From: Bigelowiella natans CCMP2755
Lineage: Eukaryota; Protista; Cercozoa
DNA length: 41,160 bases
Assembly: GCA_000320545.1 (NCBI GenBank)
Contig: ADNK01001718.1
Span: 1-41,160, forward strand
Direction: 5' to 3'
The translations under genes were made by a program, and so were the position numbers. Positions 13,602 to 24,730 of this stretch are shown here, piece by piece; position 1 is the stretch's first letter; the number at the start of each line of letters is the position of its first letter. The notes beneath the pieces are model-generated. The model searched no databases. It saw only the letters and a program-made list of their open reading frames with translations, and was not told the origin of the DNA.

Positions 13602-13855
13602 GGCACGCGTGTGTGTTTGTAACAAGCAGGTATCTCCACCTCGCCGGCCGCACCGGTCGTTACCCTGTCCTAGAAGGAAACGTAGTTACCATATGTACCA
13701 AAGGTGATAGTGATCATCTTCGCAGCTGGAAGCGGCAGCTAGGTGGCATTGAGTTTAAGTTGCTGGAAGCGGGGAGTAGTGGCAATGAGTGTAATAATAC
13801 TAATAGTGCCGGGAGACGAGTGAGTAAGAGTGACATCTCAGACGAAGATGATTAA
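8363..13855 (+). CDS. Multi-exon DEAD-box RNA helicase with a probable bipartite (signal + transit peptide) N-terminus; start at 8363 or 8456
   Basis: Motifs in order: PTPIQ (Q), AETGSGKS (I), APTRELA (Ia), GTPG (Ib), HIVLDE|VD (II, split by an intron at ~10483/10739), CASAT (III), LVFIC (IV), ARGLHF (V), YLHLAGRTGR (VI); stop ends at 13855. Confidence 0.92.
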
Positions 13856-14049
13856 GTAGCGATGTGAATTTCATGAATGAAGCATCTAAAAAATCTGCTA
13901 CCTCGATTGTACGTGAATGAAAACATCATTACATGTTCCCAACGTAATTCAGGAGCTACGAAGCAATTTTGTTATGCGTATGTGTGGTTTGTAGTGTTTC
14001 ATTTCTAGTAGTAGTTGAATATTGTACTTGAGCTGGAATTGATGGGTTG

Positions 14050-15330
14050 GCACACTCGACCTGGCTTGCTAAGCAAAGCTAGAAAGTTATCACTTTCCAG
14101 CGAATATAGGCGAGTGATGTAACGGAGACGCGAGAATGAACATAGTGTTTTTTGAACATGAAATACAATTAAAGCAGCGCTGTCTAGCTGTGGCTAGGTG
14201 GCCGCTGCTTTGCATAGCTACGTTAGGATGTTCATTGAAAATAGTGTTCACTGCTAGATTGTGCATGGTGTCCAGCAGCGCTAGAGCGCCACAATAACAT
14301 GATCCTTTGACAAAGGCCCGAACTAGTGAAGTGCCATGCTAGCATGTCTAGATTGGGCACTTGTATGACACTCAAAAAAGATCTGCGCATGCACAACAAG
14401 TGAAGGTTTGCATGCGCTGCCACATCACTGTGGTCGATCTTTTTCTTGTTCACGGTAGGACTCCAAGCTTCATACTGTGGCTCCTCTCCAATCCCTTGAT
14501 CCATCATTCACAAAGTATGAGACGGATGTAATGAAATGTTTAAATTTTTTCAATGGTCATCCTAATGTAGCTGTGCAATGCAGCGGCTACAGCGCTTAAA
14601 TTGATTCACAAAGTACAACCGCTACCAGTGCAATTAGCTAACAGACGCGCTGCTTGCCAACGCGTCTGTTAGCCGCAATTACAATCGCACTTCACAACAA
14701 GTTGGTGCAGCGACAAGTAGACAAGTCAAAGGCTGCGCACTTGCTAGCTTGGAAAAAATTGGGTTCCTGCCGTCGTCTCGCACAACTGGCATCAAATTGA
14801 AGCTCCCAAGCTAGCAAGCATTGCCACTTCTTGAATGTGCGCTATCATCTTAGGTTGGCAATCTTGGGAAATTCATGATGTCCCGAGGTCAATGCACACA
14901 AGCTAGCAAGCAGAGGCCACATGCGTGGCACGATGCAGGACATGGATCACCTCCTGCATTGCATGCAGGAGGAAGTACTACACAGTACGCACATCAAAGG
15001 CTTAAATTGAACAAACAACTGACGGCCATCATGAACCGTAACGACGAAACGAAACGCCTCAAAAATGCAGGAAAAAAGAGCTCGCACCGCTGCGCGCATG
15101 GCACGACATGGCCGACCAATTTGCAATGCTTTCAAATGCATGCAACATGCATGTGACACAAGAAACTAACAGATATGCAACTTAAGCGCGGTACCCGCAG
15201 CTCTGCACAGCTGCATCAGGATGACCATTGAAAAGTTTGGTATAGCTAGGAGGTACACGTGTTTACATGCGCGTACACGTACATGAACTTACAAGTCCCT
15301 AAGGAACATTTCATTACATTCGTCTCATGA
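14050..15330 (+). mobile_element. Decayed fragments of the LINE family seen at 20.4-23.6 kb (3' part), riddled with CTAG insertions
   Basis: 14720-15235 aligns by eye with 23055-23525 (e.g. aacaaacaactgacggccatcatg is identical); another 3'-end copy lies at 14170-14240. Confidence 0.8.
14518..14603 (-). mobile_element. 86-bp 5'-truncated LINE insertion with a 12-bp target-site duplication
   Basis: Reverse complement matches 23468-23553 with 8 differences; flanked by attcacaaagta at 14506-14517 and 14604-14615. Confidence 0.9.
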
Positions 15331-15349
15331 ATGAGCTAGATGATGCTGG

Positions 15350-16398
15350 CTAGTCAATGCACTTCATCCAGGACCATCGTTCCATTTCTAAACACAAAAA
15401 AGAATAATCGAATTAATTAAATCTCACATTTGGTGATTGAATGCATGTTAGCTAGATACGATAGTTAATGAAATTAGTACCTGGGTCACTATTTTCCATT
15501 TTTCTGTTTTTCCTTCTCATGTCGGAGCTGGTCGATGTGGCCATAGCCTGGTTCATGTGCGAGAAATGCACCGCTTTTAGGTGGCCCTAACACATCGTTC
15601 CAATGATAAAAATATTAAGAGGAATAGTAGTATCGCAAATATGGTGGATATTATGATATCATGGTGTTTGGAGACGCTTTGTTTTAGTTTGTATTTAGTT
15701 ACCTTAAGATGAGGCTTCTGTCTGAAAGCCGCAGAGCATAATTCTGCGTATCATTAAATCAGGAATTCCTTTCGAAAATCGACATCATAGTGAATTAGGG
15801 TGCATCAGCGTATACCGCATATAAAAGGTCTCATTCCAGTGTGAGTTAGTAGGTGACGTCTCAATCTATACTTGGTCTTGAACGACTTTGCGCAAACCGT
15901 ACACCTGTTGGGAATTTAATTTCAATACCTGTCACTACAAAGCTATTCATCTTTTATTGATTAAAACATACTGGTGTTTCCTCTTGACGTCGGTAGTTTC
16001 TGAAGACCCGAATAAAGTCTCTGGTTGTAGTGGTGGTAGTTGTGGCATTTGCGGACCCTCCAAGTTCTGTGGCGGAGGAGTCTTTAAGATAGGGATTGCG
16101 GATCTAACAATGCTGTAGAAGTTGTTCAAATCAGTTCAAAACATTAAATTGCATCAAAATGATCTCACCTGAGCTTCAAATCGGCCATTGCTCGTGGAAG
16201 TTCAATGTGAAGAGTGTTCTTATTATTCCAGATTTTGTACTGGAAGTCGGTGCAGTCTCTGGAAAATTATATTTAATCAACGAAATGATGTTACACAGAA
16301 TGATTGTAGGTTTACCCTGCCTGAAATGACACGGTTATTTCTTCTATTTTGGTGAAAGGGGAGGCCTCGCGCGAGTTCAAGGTTTTCGAGGTCATCAT
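15350..16398 (-). CDS. Multi-exon C2H2 zinc-finger protein (two fingers), likely a transcription factor; fingers not captured by the ORF track
   Basis: Spliced product MMTSKTLNSREASP...DVKRKHQ|CTVCAKSFKTKYRLRRHLLTH-TGMRPF-IC|ELCSAAFRQKPHLK|GHLKAVH...; TGExP-like linker; in-phase GT-AG introns. The last exon and stop at 15350 are less certain. Confidence 0.88.
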
Positions 16399-16723
16399 CT
16401 TTTTGAGGTTGGAGGTTTGACGAATGATTCCGTAGGCAGTGGCAATGAACAATGAACAAGCAAACGAGGGAAGTTACGCTCTTGAGGGCATGCACTCTGA
16501 ATGACTGGAAAGCGAGGAAATATTTCCTTAGACTTTTCGTCCGTTGAAACCGCTCTTTGTTTTTACTATTAATATGGTATTTCTGTAGTATATTGTAGTG
16601 TGGCTCAGTATTTTGTACCCGGACATTTGGCCCATTTTACAGGAAAGACCCGTTTACTTAGATTAGGTACTACACGTATGATGGCGCCACCGTAAAAATG
16701 CCGGGAGTTATTAGGATTGAAAT

Positions 16724-17026
16724 GGGGTATTAGACAAATATGCCCACTCCTGAGAATCTTAGACAAAAATACCCACTTTTGGGCAATACCACCAACTATT
16801 ATTATAAAAATCTGGACTTAAAAAAATTAATGTTACGTATAAGGTGCCTTATTATTCGGGGAAGATCCAAAATAAATCTATGCGGTCCAAATTTGACATT
16901 AATACACCCAAAATAGATCTACACCATGCAACGGAGCAATGAACAATGAACAATCGGAGCGAGGTTTCCCGAATCACTGTACAGGGGCACCATTTGTCAG
17001 GAGTGGGCATATTTGTCCAAAACACC
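16724..17026. mobile_element. MITE-like element with 21-bp perfect (about 30-bp imperfect) inverted repeats between two divergent genes
   Basis: gacaaatatgcccactcctga (16733-16753) vs tcaggagtgggcatatttgtc (16997-17017); subterminal partial repeat at about 16760-16780; no TSD identified. Confidence 0.65.
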
Positions 17027-17204
17027 ATGATTGTGTGTTGAAACTGACACTACCGACTTTAGCATAAACTTTCAAACACAGGCGGTTTGTCCAAAAAATG
17101 AAGCGATTTAGTTCTCAAACCCTTCGCTTTTCTGTGTTTGTTGATTCGCCCTTCACAACACCTCAAACTCGCACTTTGGTTGAAATTCAGGCGATTAGAA
17201 ACTG

Positions 17205-19556
17205 ATGTTCCGCATCAATGAGCTACTCCAGACCGACCTTCTCGTGGAACTGAATCGTTGCGAGGAGGAGCATCGCAAATTCCGCGACGAGGTGATTGAT
17301 AGATTGGAACAGATGGCCAAGAGCAATCAGCGGAGGAAGGAGGTGAGATTATTTTAATGCCCTGTCCCCATCAATACAACAACATTTCTTTTTTAGATGG
17401 AGGCTAGTAAGAAACAGGTTAACCAGTTGAAACGACTATTGGAGAGGGAACGGATTTCGGAGGCCAAATGGGTGATTCGCAGAGATGACATCCAGAAAAT
17501 GGAGGAAATTGGGAAAGGCGGGTTCGGGGTCGTATATCTGGCCAAGTATTACGGGATGGATGTCGCTGTCAAAGAGTCTAAAGTTGAGTTTGGTAGCTCT
17601 AATCAGGCCCTAGAAGATATGGAGCTTTTCAAGAAAGAGCTCACTACATCGGTTTCCCTTCGGCACGAGAATGTTATTCGGGTGTTTGGAGGGGCTATGG
17701 AACCGAATGTCTTTATTGTGATGGATTACTGCTCCCTCGGAAGCTTGGGTGATGTGATTGATGACTGTGATACATAAAAAATTGCGAACAAGCATCGCCT
17801 CATTTGGTCTAAGCAATTGGCGAACGGACTTCATTTTCTACACAAAAAGTTGGTCATTCACCACGACATAAAGAGCCAGAATGTGCTAGTGGATGAGCGA
17901 GGGGTGGCGAAATGGGCGGATTTCGGTCTGGCCTCTACCCACACGAGCTCCACCTTCTCACAGATGAAGGTCTCTACTGGAGGAACACCCGAGTGGTCGC
18001 CTCCCGAACAGTTCAGGGGTGAATACGGTTACAAGTCGGACATTTGGGGACTGGGACTGGTGATGTATCACCTCGTAGAGATGAGGATGCCGTTTGATGG
18101 GGTCCACAAGAATATGTTGCGGGATGCCATTCAAAGAGGGCGGTTAAAGTATGATAAGATGGATAAGACAGACCCGTTTCTCAAGGAAACCATAAAATTG
18201 TGCCTGAACACAGACAGAACCAAGCGACCCAAGGCAGGTCAACTGGCCGAAGGGCTTAATAAGATTGCTCCTAAAATGAGTTCTCTCCAGTTTTTGAAGC
18301 AACTTGGATTGGACGACGAAGCAGAGGAGCTTAAAGAGAAGTTGGAGATGGCCGAGAAGAACAAAGAAGAGGCCGTCAGAGAGGCTGAAGCGAGAGCAGA
18401 AGCAGATAAGAGAAAATTGCTAGAGGAGAAGCAGAAGGCAGAAGCGAAAGCAGAAGCGGATAAGAGAAAATTGCTACAGGAGAAGCAGAAGGCAGAAGCG
18501 GATAAGAGGAAATTGCTAGAGGAGAAGCAGAAGGCAGAAGCGAAAGCAGAAGCGGATAAGAGAAAATTGCTACAGGAGAAGCAGGAGGCCAACAACCGCA
18601 TCCGGGAGCTGGAAGAAAAGCTTGAGCGAATCTCGCGACTGAGTTCGCCCAAGGAGAAACAGCAGGAAACGAAGAAGGCGATTGAGGACTATCTCAAAGA
18701 AGGGTGGACGAAAATCCCTGATATGGATACTGAGAGGAGTGGTTTGGGTGTGGCCGTTGGGGATGGCAAACTGTTTGCTGTTGGTGGGGAGGATGGTAGT
18801 AATCGTCACAAATCTGGGGAGTATCTGGATTTAAAGAATGTGGATGCGGGGTGGAAGGAAATCCCTGAGATGAATACTATGAGATTTGGTTTGGGTGTAG
18901 CCGTTGGGGATGGCAAACTGTTTGCTGTTGGTGGGTATGATGGTAGTAATTGGCTTAAATCTGGGGAGTATCTGGATTTGAAGAATGTGGATGCGGGGTG
19001 GAAGAAAATCCCTGATATGGATACTGAGAGGGATGCTTTGGGTGTGGCCGTTGGGGATGGCAAACTGTTTGCTGTTGGTGGGTGTGATGGTAAATCTGGG
19101 GAGTATCTGGATTTGAAGAATGTGGATGCGGGGTGGACGAAAATCCCTGATATGGATACTGAGAGGTGGAGTTTGGGTGTGGCCGTTGGGGATGGCAAAC
19201 TGTTTGCTGTTGGTGGGTATGATGGTGGTAATTATCTCAAATCTGGGGAGTATCTAGATTTGAAGAATGTGGATGCGGGATGGAAGAAACTCCCTGATAT
19301 GAATACTAGGAGGCGGTATTTGGGTGTGGCCGTTGGGGATGGCAAACTGTTTGCTGTTGGTGGGTTTGGTGAAAAATCTGGGGAGTATCTGGATTTTAAT
19401 AAAATGGATGCGGGGTGGAAGGAAATCCCTGATATGAATACTAAGAGGAGTGGTTTGGGTGTGGCTGTTGGGGATGGCAAACTGTTTGCTGCTGGTGGGT
19501 GTGATGGTAATTACAACGAGCTTAAATCAGGGGAGTATATTCGCATCGCTATGTAG
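17205..19556 (+). CDS. TKL-like protein kinase + coiled coil + six Kelch repeats; one in-frame TAA at 17775-17777 (possible pseudogene or null allele)
   Basis: Exon 1 is 17205-17342 and exon 2 starts at 17397. Kinase motifs GKGGFG, VAVK, HHDIKSQN, DFG, GTPEWSPPE, SDIWG. ORFs 17397-17777 and 17817-19556 are in the same frame. Kelch signature LFAVGG...Y......W x6. Confidence 0.9.
18384..18588 (+). repeat. Coding tandem repeat (AEAK)AEADKRKLL(E/Q)EKQK x4, coiled coil
   Basis: Near-identical gcagaagcggataagagaaaattgcta units. Confidence 0.9.
18702..19547 (+). repeat. Six ~147-bp Kelch-coding repeats with very high internal nucleotide identity
   Basis: gttggggatggcaaactgtttgctg recurs six times; the first period, 18702 to 18849, is 147 bp. 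Confidence 0.95.
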
Positions 19557-19699
19557 ACTGCTTCCGCACACACACCTGGTCCAGTCTGGAGAAAATATGG
19601 TTGGAACAATTAATATGTAGATGACCTTTCACTTTAGAAGCACCTTTCTGTTGTTGACAATGTGATAATCATCATATAAAACTTTGCTAAAATCCTTTT

Positions 19700-20428
19700 G
19701 CTTCATACATACCATCATCGCAACATACATAGCAGTCCCATAGCAGTCGCATAGCATCGCATATCGCCTCGCAACATGCATGCACACACAGCACAGCACA
19801 TGGTACGGCACGGCACATAGCACGGCACATAGCACACAATGACATCGCATGCTTCTTCATTTTTTTTTAGACCCCCACTTCAATTGGTGTTTTTTCTTGA
19901 CCTCATTCATTTTGTTGTTGATGAGAGATCATGGGCACTTTGAAAAAACAAACTTTTTTCATGACTTGCACATGCATGCCCCCTCCCTTGAAAAACACCC
20001 CTCAGAAACATGAGCACAATGATGCAATGTGACACAGCACAATGACACAGTCGCACAATGCTGTCGCACAACACAGTCGCATCGCTTTGCGGTGTGATGT
20101 GCAAGCAACAATGATGATGATCATCATGACTGCTGACAACAGCATCACAAGTCACAGTCGCATCGCTTTGCGAGGTGTGCTCAGCACACATGCTGCCATT
20201 GGCAGTTGCAATCATCATCATTGTTGTCACTTGCACATCACACACATGTTTGATTTGATTTGGTTTGAACAAATGCGAACGTTTTGAAAAATTGTTTCCA
20301 AACACCAAACACTTGCAAACTTGTGTTTGGTTTGTTCAAATGCTGCTCTAGCTCATGCAAACAAGCATTTGATTTGAACAAACAATGTTTGTTCAAATGC
20401 ATTTGCAAATGCATTTGTTTTCAAGCAT
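19700..20428. repeat. Low-complexity degenerate repeats (gcacagcac / acagtcgcatcgc / tttgcaaa units) upstream of the LINE
   Basis: Short-period repeats; acagtcgcatcgctttgcg occurs at about 20073 and 20154; essentially TpA-free after 19870. Confidence 0.6.
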
Positions 20429-23400
20429 TTGTGCCCAGCCCTGGTGATGGTGGCATGCCTTCAACCTTGCGATGTGTGCCATCTTGAGGAAAGGCTCGAC
20501 TTCATCACGGAAACTGTGAAGAAACAAAAGTGGAAACACTGCGTCATTGTGGGCGACACTGATGCCAAACACTCTGCATTTGATGTCCGTCACCAAGAAG
20601 ACAGGCGGGGCAAACTTTTGCACCAGTGGCTTGCAGACAACGACGTCATGATGCTCAACCCTGGCGAAGTGACCTGTTTTCGGAAAGGACACACGAGCAC
20701 GATCGATCATGTCCTTTGTTCATCGAATGTGATCCAAGAAATTGAACATCAAATGACCACCACCACAACAAGCGACCACTTCGGCATTCACTTTGGAAAA
20801 GCTGTGCCGCCCAACCAAACAGAAACCAAATCAATGATTCACGACATTGACAAGTTTGAGGTGGACCTGTTTGACGAGCACTTGGACTCGATCACAGCCC
20901 CTTTGAGACAGCGAATGCTTCGCGTTGCATCTGAGGCGGATTCAAAGAACCTTGAACAGTGGTTCTGGAATTCAGTTCAACAAGCACATGGAACCAGTGC
21001 GCCGAAAAAACAGCAGCGATGGAGTCCCATTGAACCACATCAAAACCACCCAGCACACAAAAAAATCAAATCACAACAAGTCAAACCATTCAGATCTCTC
21101 AGACACGAGAGGAAACACAACAAGAGAAAAATGTTGGAAACAAAAATCAAAGAAATCAACTTTGAAATTGAATCCATCACAGAAACTCTCAGATGCTAAG
21201 CATGGCAAAAATTTCTTGCTCGCTTCGAGAAATGCAACAACGGGAACCACACCAGACTTTTGTGCAAATTGTTCCAAAAATCCAGAGGGAAAGACAAACA
21301 TCGAACCCTCGACGGTGAAACTTCAGAAACGAAAAAGTGCCAAGTGTGTGCATCGAAGTGGAAGGACACTTGCAAACCTCACCCTGCAGATGCAAAAAAC
21401 AGAACGTTTCACCGAGAAACCGAACAGTGGAGACATGCCTTCCGAAGTTCGGAGAATGAACACAGCACTTTGCCTCACAACAGGAAATTCACCCCCGAGG
21501 AAATCCAGAGAACACTGCACACCATGTCACCATGTGAATCCCCAGGTGACGACGGCATCCATCCAAACGTGTTGAAGAAAAGCAACAAGCTGCATCAACT
21601 CTGGGCTCTTGTTTTCAATGTGTCATTCAAATGGGGTGCCCGTCATGAATCAAGAAAAGCTGCCGTCTTCTGTTTGATCCCCAAACCCGGGAAAGAATTG
21701 AACACTCCCCTCAACGGCAGAACAATGTCGCTTCTCCAAATTGCTTCGAAAGTCGAAGACAAACTGGTTGAACTTCGCTTGCGTGAAGCCATCCCACCAG
21801 AGAAACTGAGCAAACATCAATGCGCTTTCATGAAGAACAGATCATGCGAAACAGCGTCAACAAGAATGACTCAACGGATCGAAGACGGCACGTGTGACAA
21901 AAAACCAATCGGCATCATGCTGTTCACTGACGCTTCAAAAGCTCACCCTGAAGCCTGGCATTCAGGAATGGTGCGGAAACTGAGTGAAAAACATGGTGCA
22001 AGGGGAAACCTGCTTCTGTGGATCGATGATTGGCCAAGTGAGCGCACTGCCAGATTCAAATTTGGCAGCATGCTGTCACAACACGTGCAACTGCAAAGCG
22101 GCGCACCTGAAGGATCGTCCCTCAGCTGCTGTTCATTCATCACCCATTGCGACACATGCGAGCACATCAAGTTTGCTGACCATCAGATGCATTGCGACGA
22201 TGTTGCCCCATGCAAATCATTTGCGCCATCCCGCTGGGGGGAAATGCAAACTGGGCTGCAAAAAGATCTGACAAACATGACAACCTGGTGCATGAAGTGG
22301 CGAATGAGATTCAATGGGGAGAAAAGTGGACACCTCCCAATGGACAGGAGGAAGAATGCAAAAAAAAAACAGGCCTTGTGGAACACATCACTCAACCTGC
22401 AAGGAAAAATGAAAAGAAAAGAGTGTGGCAAATGCTTGGGCCTGTGGTTTGACGAAAGATTGACTTTCGAAAAACATGCCCTTGTTGTGCATCCAAAGCT
22501 GCAGAAAAAAAGAAGATTTTTGCTCAGGCTGTGCTCCATGCGAGCACACATGCCATTCAACGTGAGATCAAAGTTTCACAACACGTGGTTCACAGCTCAA
22601 AGTGAAGCGGCTGGATTCCATGGAATCACAAACACTCAAAAGGGTGCTTGGATCACCAGGATCCATTTCCAATGACACACCCCATGTGCTAGCGGCAACT
22701 TTGCCACCACGTCACCGCACACAAGTTCAATGCACCAAATCATGGTTGCGAACCAATGCATGGGTGGACAAAAATGATGGTGACGGACACGTGGTCGAAG
22801 AAGAAGTGATCAATTGGAGCTCTTTGGGACACCACGTTGAATCCTTGCTGGAACACAAGTGGCATGACACCACTAGATCGTGGAACAGAGTGTCCTTGCA
22901 ACGCCGACTCAGTTTGATTACGACCAAAGTGCTTGGAGCGGAACACCCCACAACACGTGCCACAAGCAAAACATTGAGCAGGAAATTGAACACACACAAC
23001 AAAACGATCATGCGAACCGCCACATCTGACTTCAAATTGAATTGGTGCCAAGAGGGAACAAAGGCCATGCATTTGAAAAAACTTGGTTTCATGCCTGGCT
23101 CTTGCACAACAGGAATCACATTGAAGCTGCCAAGCATTGCCACATCATGGATGCGCGCCATCTGTGGAGTTGGCAACCTTGGAACTTTTTTGCTGTCCAG
23201 AGGACAACACACAAAATTGGAAGCAATGTGTGACACATGCAACACATTGCAAGACATGGGCCACATTCTGCAATGCAAGAAATGCGGACCACAGAGACTC
23301 AGACTCAACAAACAACTGACGGCCATCATGGATCGCAACGATGAGACTGCGCGTCTCACAACTGCAGAAAAAACAAGTCGCAAAGCAGCGCGCGATGCGC

Positions 23401-23553
23401 GACACGCTAGACCAAATCTTGATGCATTTTCATGCATGCAACACGTGACCAAGGAAACAAACAGATGCAACATGAGCGCTGTAGCCGCTGCATTGCACAG
23501 CTGCATTGGGATGACCATTGAAAAAATTTGAACACTTCATTGCATCCGTCTCA
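20429..23553 (+). mobile_element. Non-LTR retrotransposon (LINE) ORF2: APE endonuclease + reverse transcriptase + C-terminal Cys/His motif; 5'-truncated and inactivated
   Basis: APE motifs VGDTDA, TIDHVL, SDH; RT motifs SPGDDGI, LIPKPGK, QCAF, DASKAH, GAPEGS, HCDD, KCLG; CxxC...H..xC near the C-terminus; one in-frame TAA (21197-21199) and one frameshift (~22600); the 3' end recurs elsewhere in the window. Confidence 0.93.
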
Positions 23554-23861
23554 CACATCGAGTTTCACTTTGTGTGCACTTGATGCAAAAGCTGCACTCG
23601 CAAGATCCAAACGGGAAACAAGCGTTTGCACCCAGCACAGCCCCCGATGCTGGCTGGCAGGGTGCCGGCGTGTGCGGCCCAGCTAGCCCTGGAGCCATGT
23701 GTGGGCCAGTGGAAACGTTTGAATTCGGAAAAGGAAGGAAATCCTTGAAATCGCAGGGTGTTTTTTTGTGCTTTGGCTTTTTTTCATTGTCGTTCCACAA
23801 AAGAGGAGGTTCCTCTCCCCGATCTTCCATGCAGAGCAGCCGCAAGCGAACCAAAACCGAA

Positions 23862-24234
23862 ATGGCTTCCGGAGTGGCTCGACAGGCCTCCAAGCTGCTG
23901 ACACCCAGGCTCGTAGCGAAACGAACTGGTGCAGATGAGGAATGTTCAATCGATCGATCGATCGATCTCGGGAGAAAGAGAAAGAGAGAGAGGGGGGGGG
24001 GGGGGGCGGTGGAGAGAGCGAATGTCGAGTCCCGCTCGTAGGGACGCAGAAACGTGCGCTACCCACTGACTGGTGTTCTTTCTTGATGAAGATTGCTGCT
24101 GCTGTTGCTGCTGCTGCTGCGTGAATAGGGGTGATGTGCTGTGACATCCAAGAGCGATTTGTTCCTTTGATCAAGAACATGGATAGCGTCGTCCTCTGCT
24201 CGAAGTAATTGCATGCACCGTACATGGTTTGTTG

Positions 24235-24313
<79 letters not shown>

Positions 24314-24687
24314 TGTGAGTACATCGCGATTTCGGAGGTGCCGGCACGCATTCCACCGGTGAAGGAAAACAAAAGTAGCGAATGGTGATGTGGGGTGGGA
24401 GCGCACTTACGATTGATAACTGCCCTTACAAGCTTCTGGGGAAAACACACATATGCAGGTGGGTGCTCAGTGCGGCTAGGGAGCTGAAGATGCCTGTCAT
24501 TGCGACAGAACAGTAAGTTTTCTGCGTCCTCCTTCGAGAGTATGAATCCTACATCGACTGCATGTTTACAGAAGTGCGGTAATCGTTCGTTCGGTATCTT
24601 AGGTACCCCAAGGCTTTAGGGAGCACCGTAAAGGAAGTCAAGGCGGAGTTGGAGGTAGGCAGATAAGCGGTGAGAGTGGAGAATCAA

Positions 24688-24730
<43 letters not shown>

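Noticed and set aside
18702-19547. Regularly spaced conserved repeats with variable spacers resembling a CRISPR array
   Set aside because: They are in-frame Kelch blades of a eukaryotic ORF, and there are no cas genes.
22727-23518. Long antisense and overlapping ORFs in TE blocks (also 2711-3289 and 30840-31313)
   Set aside because: A by-product of TpA loss, which removes TAA/TAG stops in all six frames.
20429-23553. Alternative genetic code or classical RIP/CpG decay as the explanation for Tyr-free ORFs
   Set aside because: Host genes use TAY for Tyr and standard stops; TpA is lost in all frames and in non-coding DNA; RIP would raise TpA, and CpG is retained.
20429-23553. ADAR-type editing of the retrotransposon RNA as the cause of A->G
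   Set aside because: Not fully excluded but disfavoured: both strands are affected, a TIR element is also affected, and UAG (an ADAR-preferred context) is the context that most often survives.
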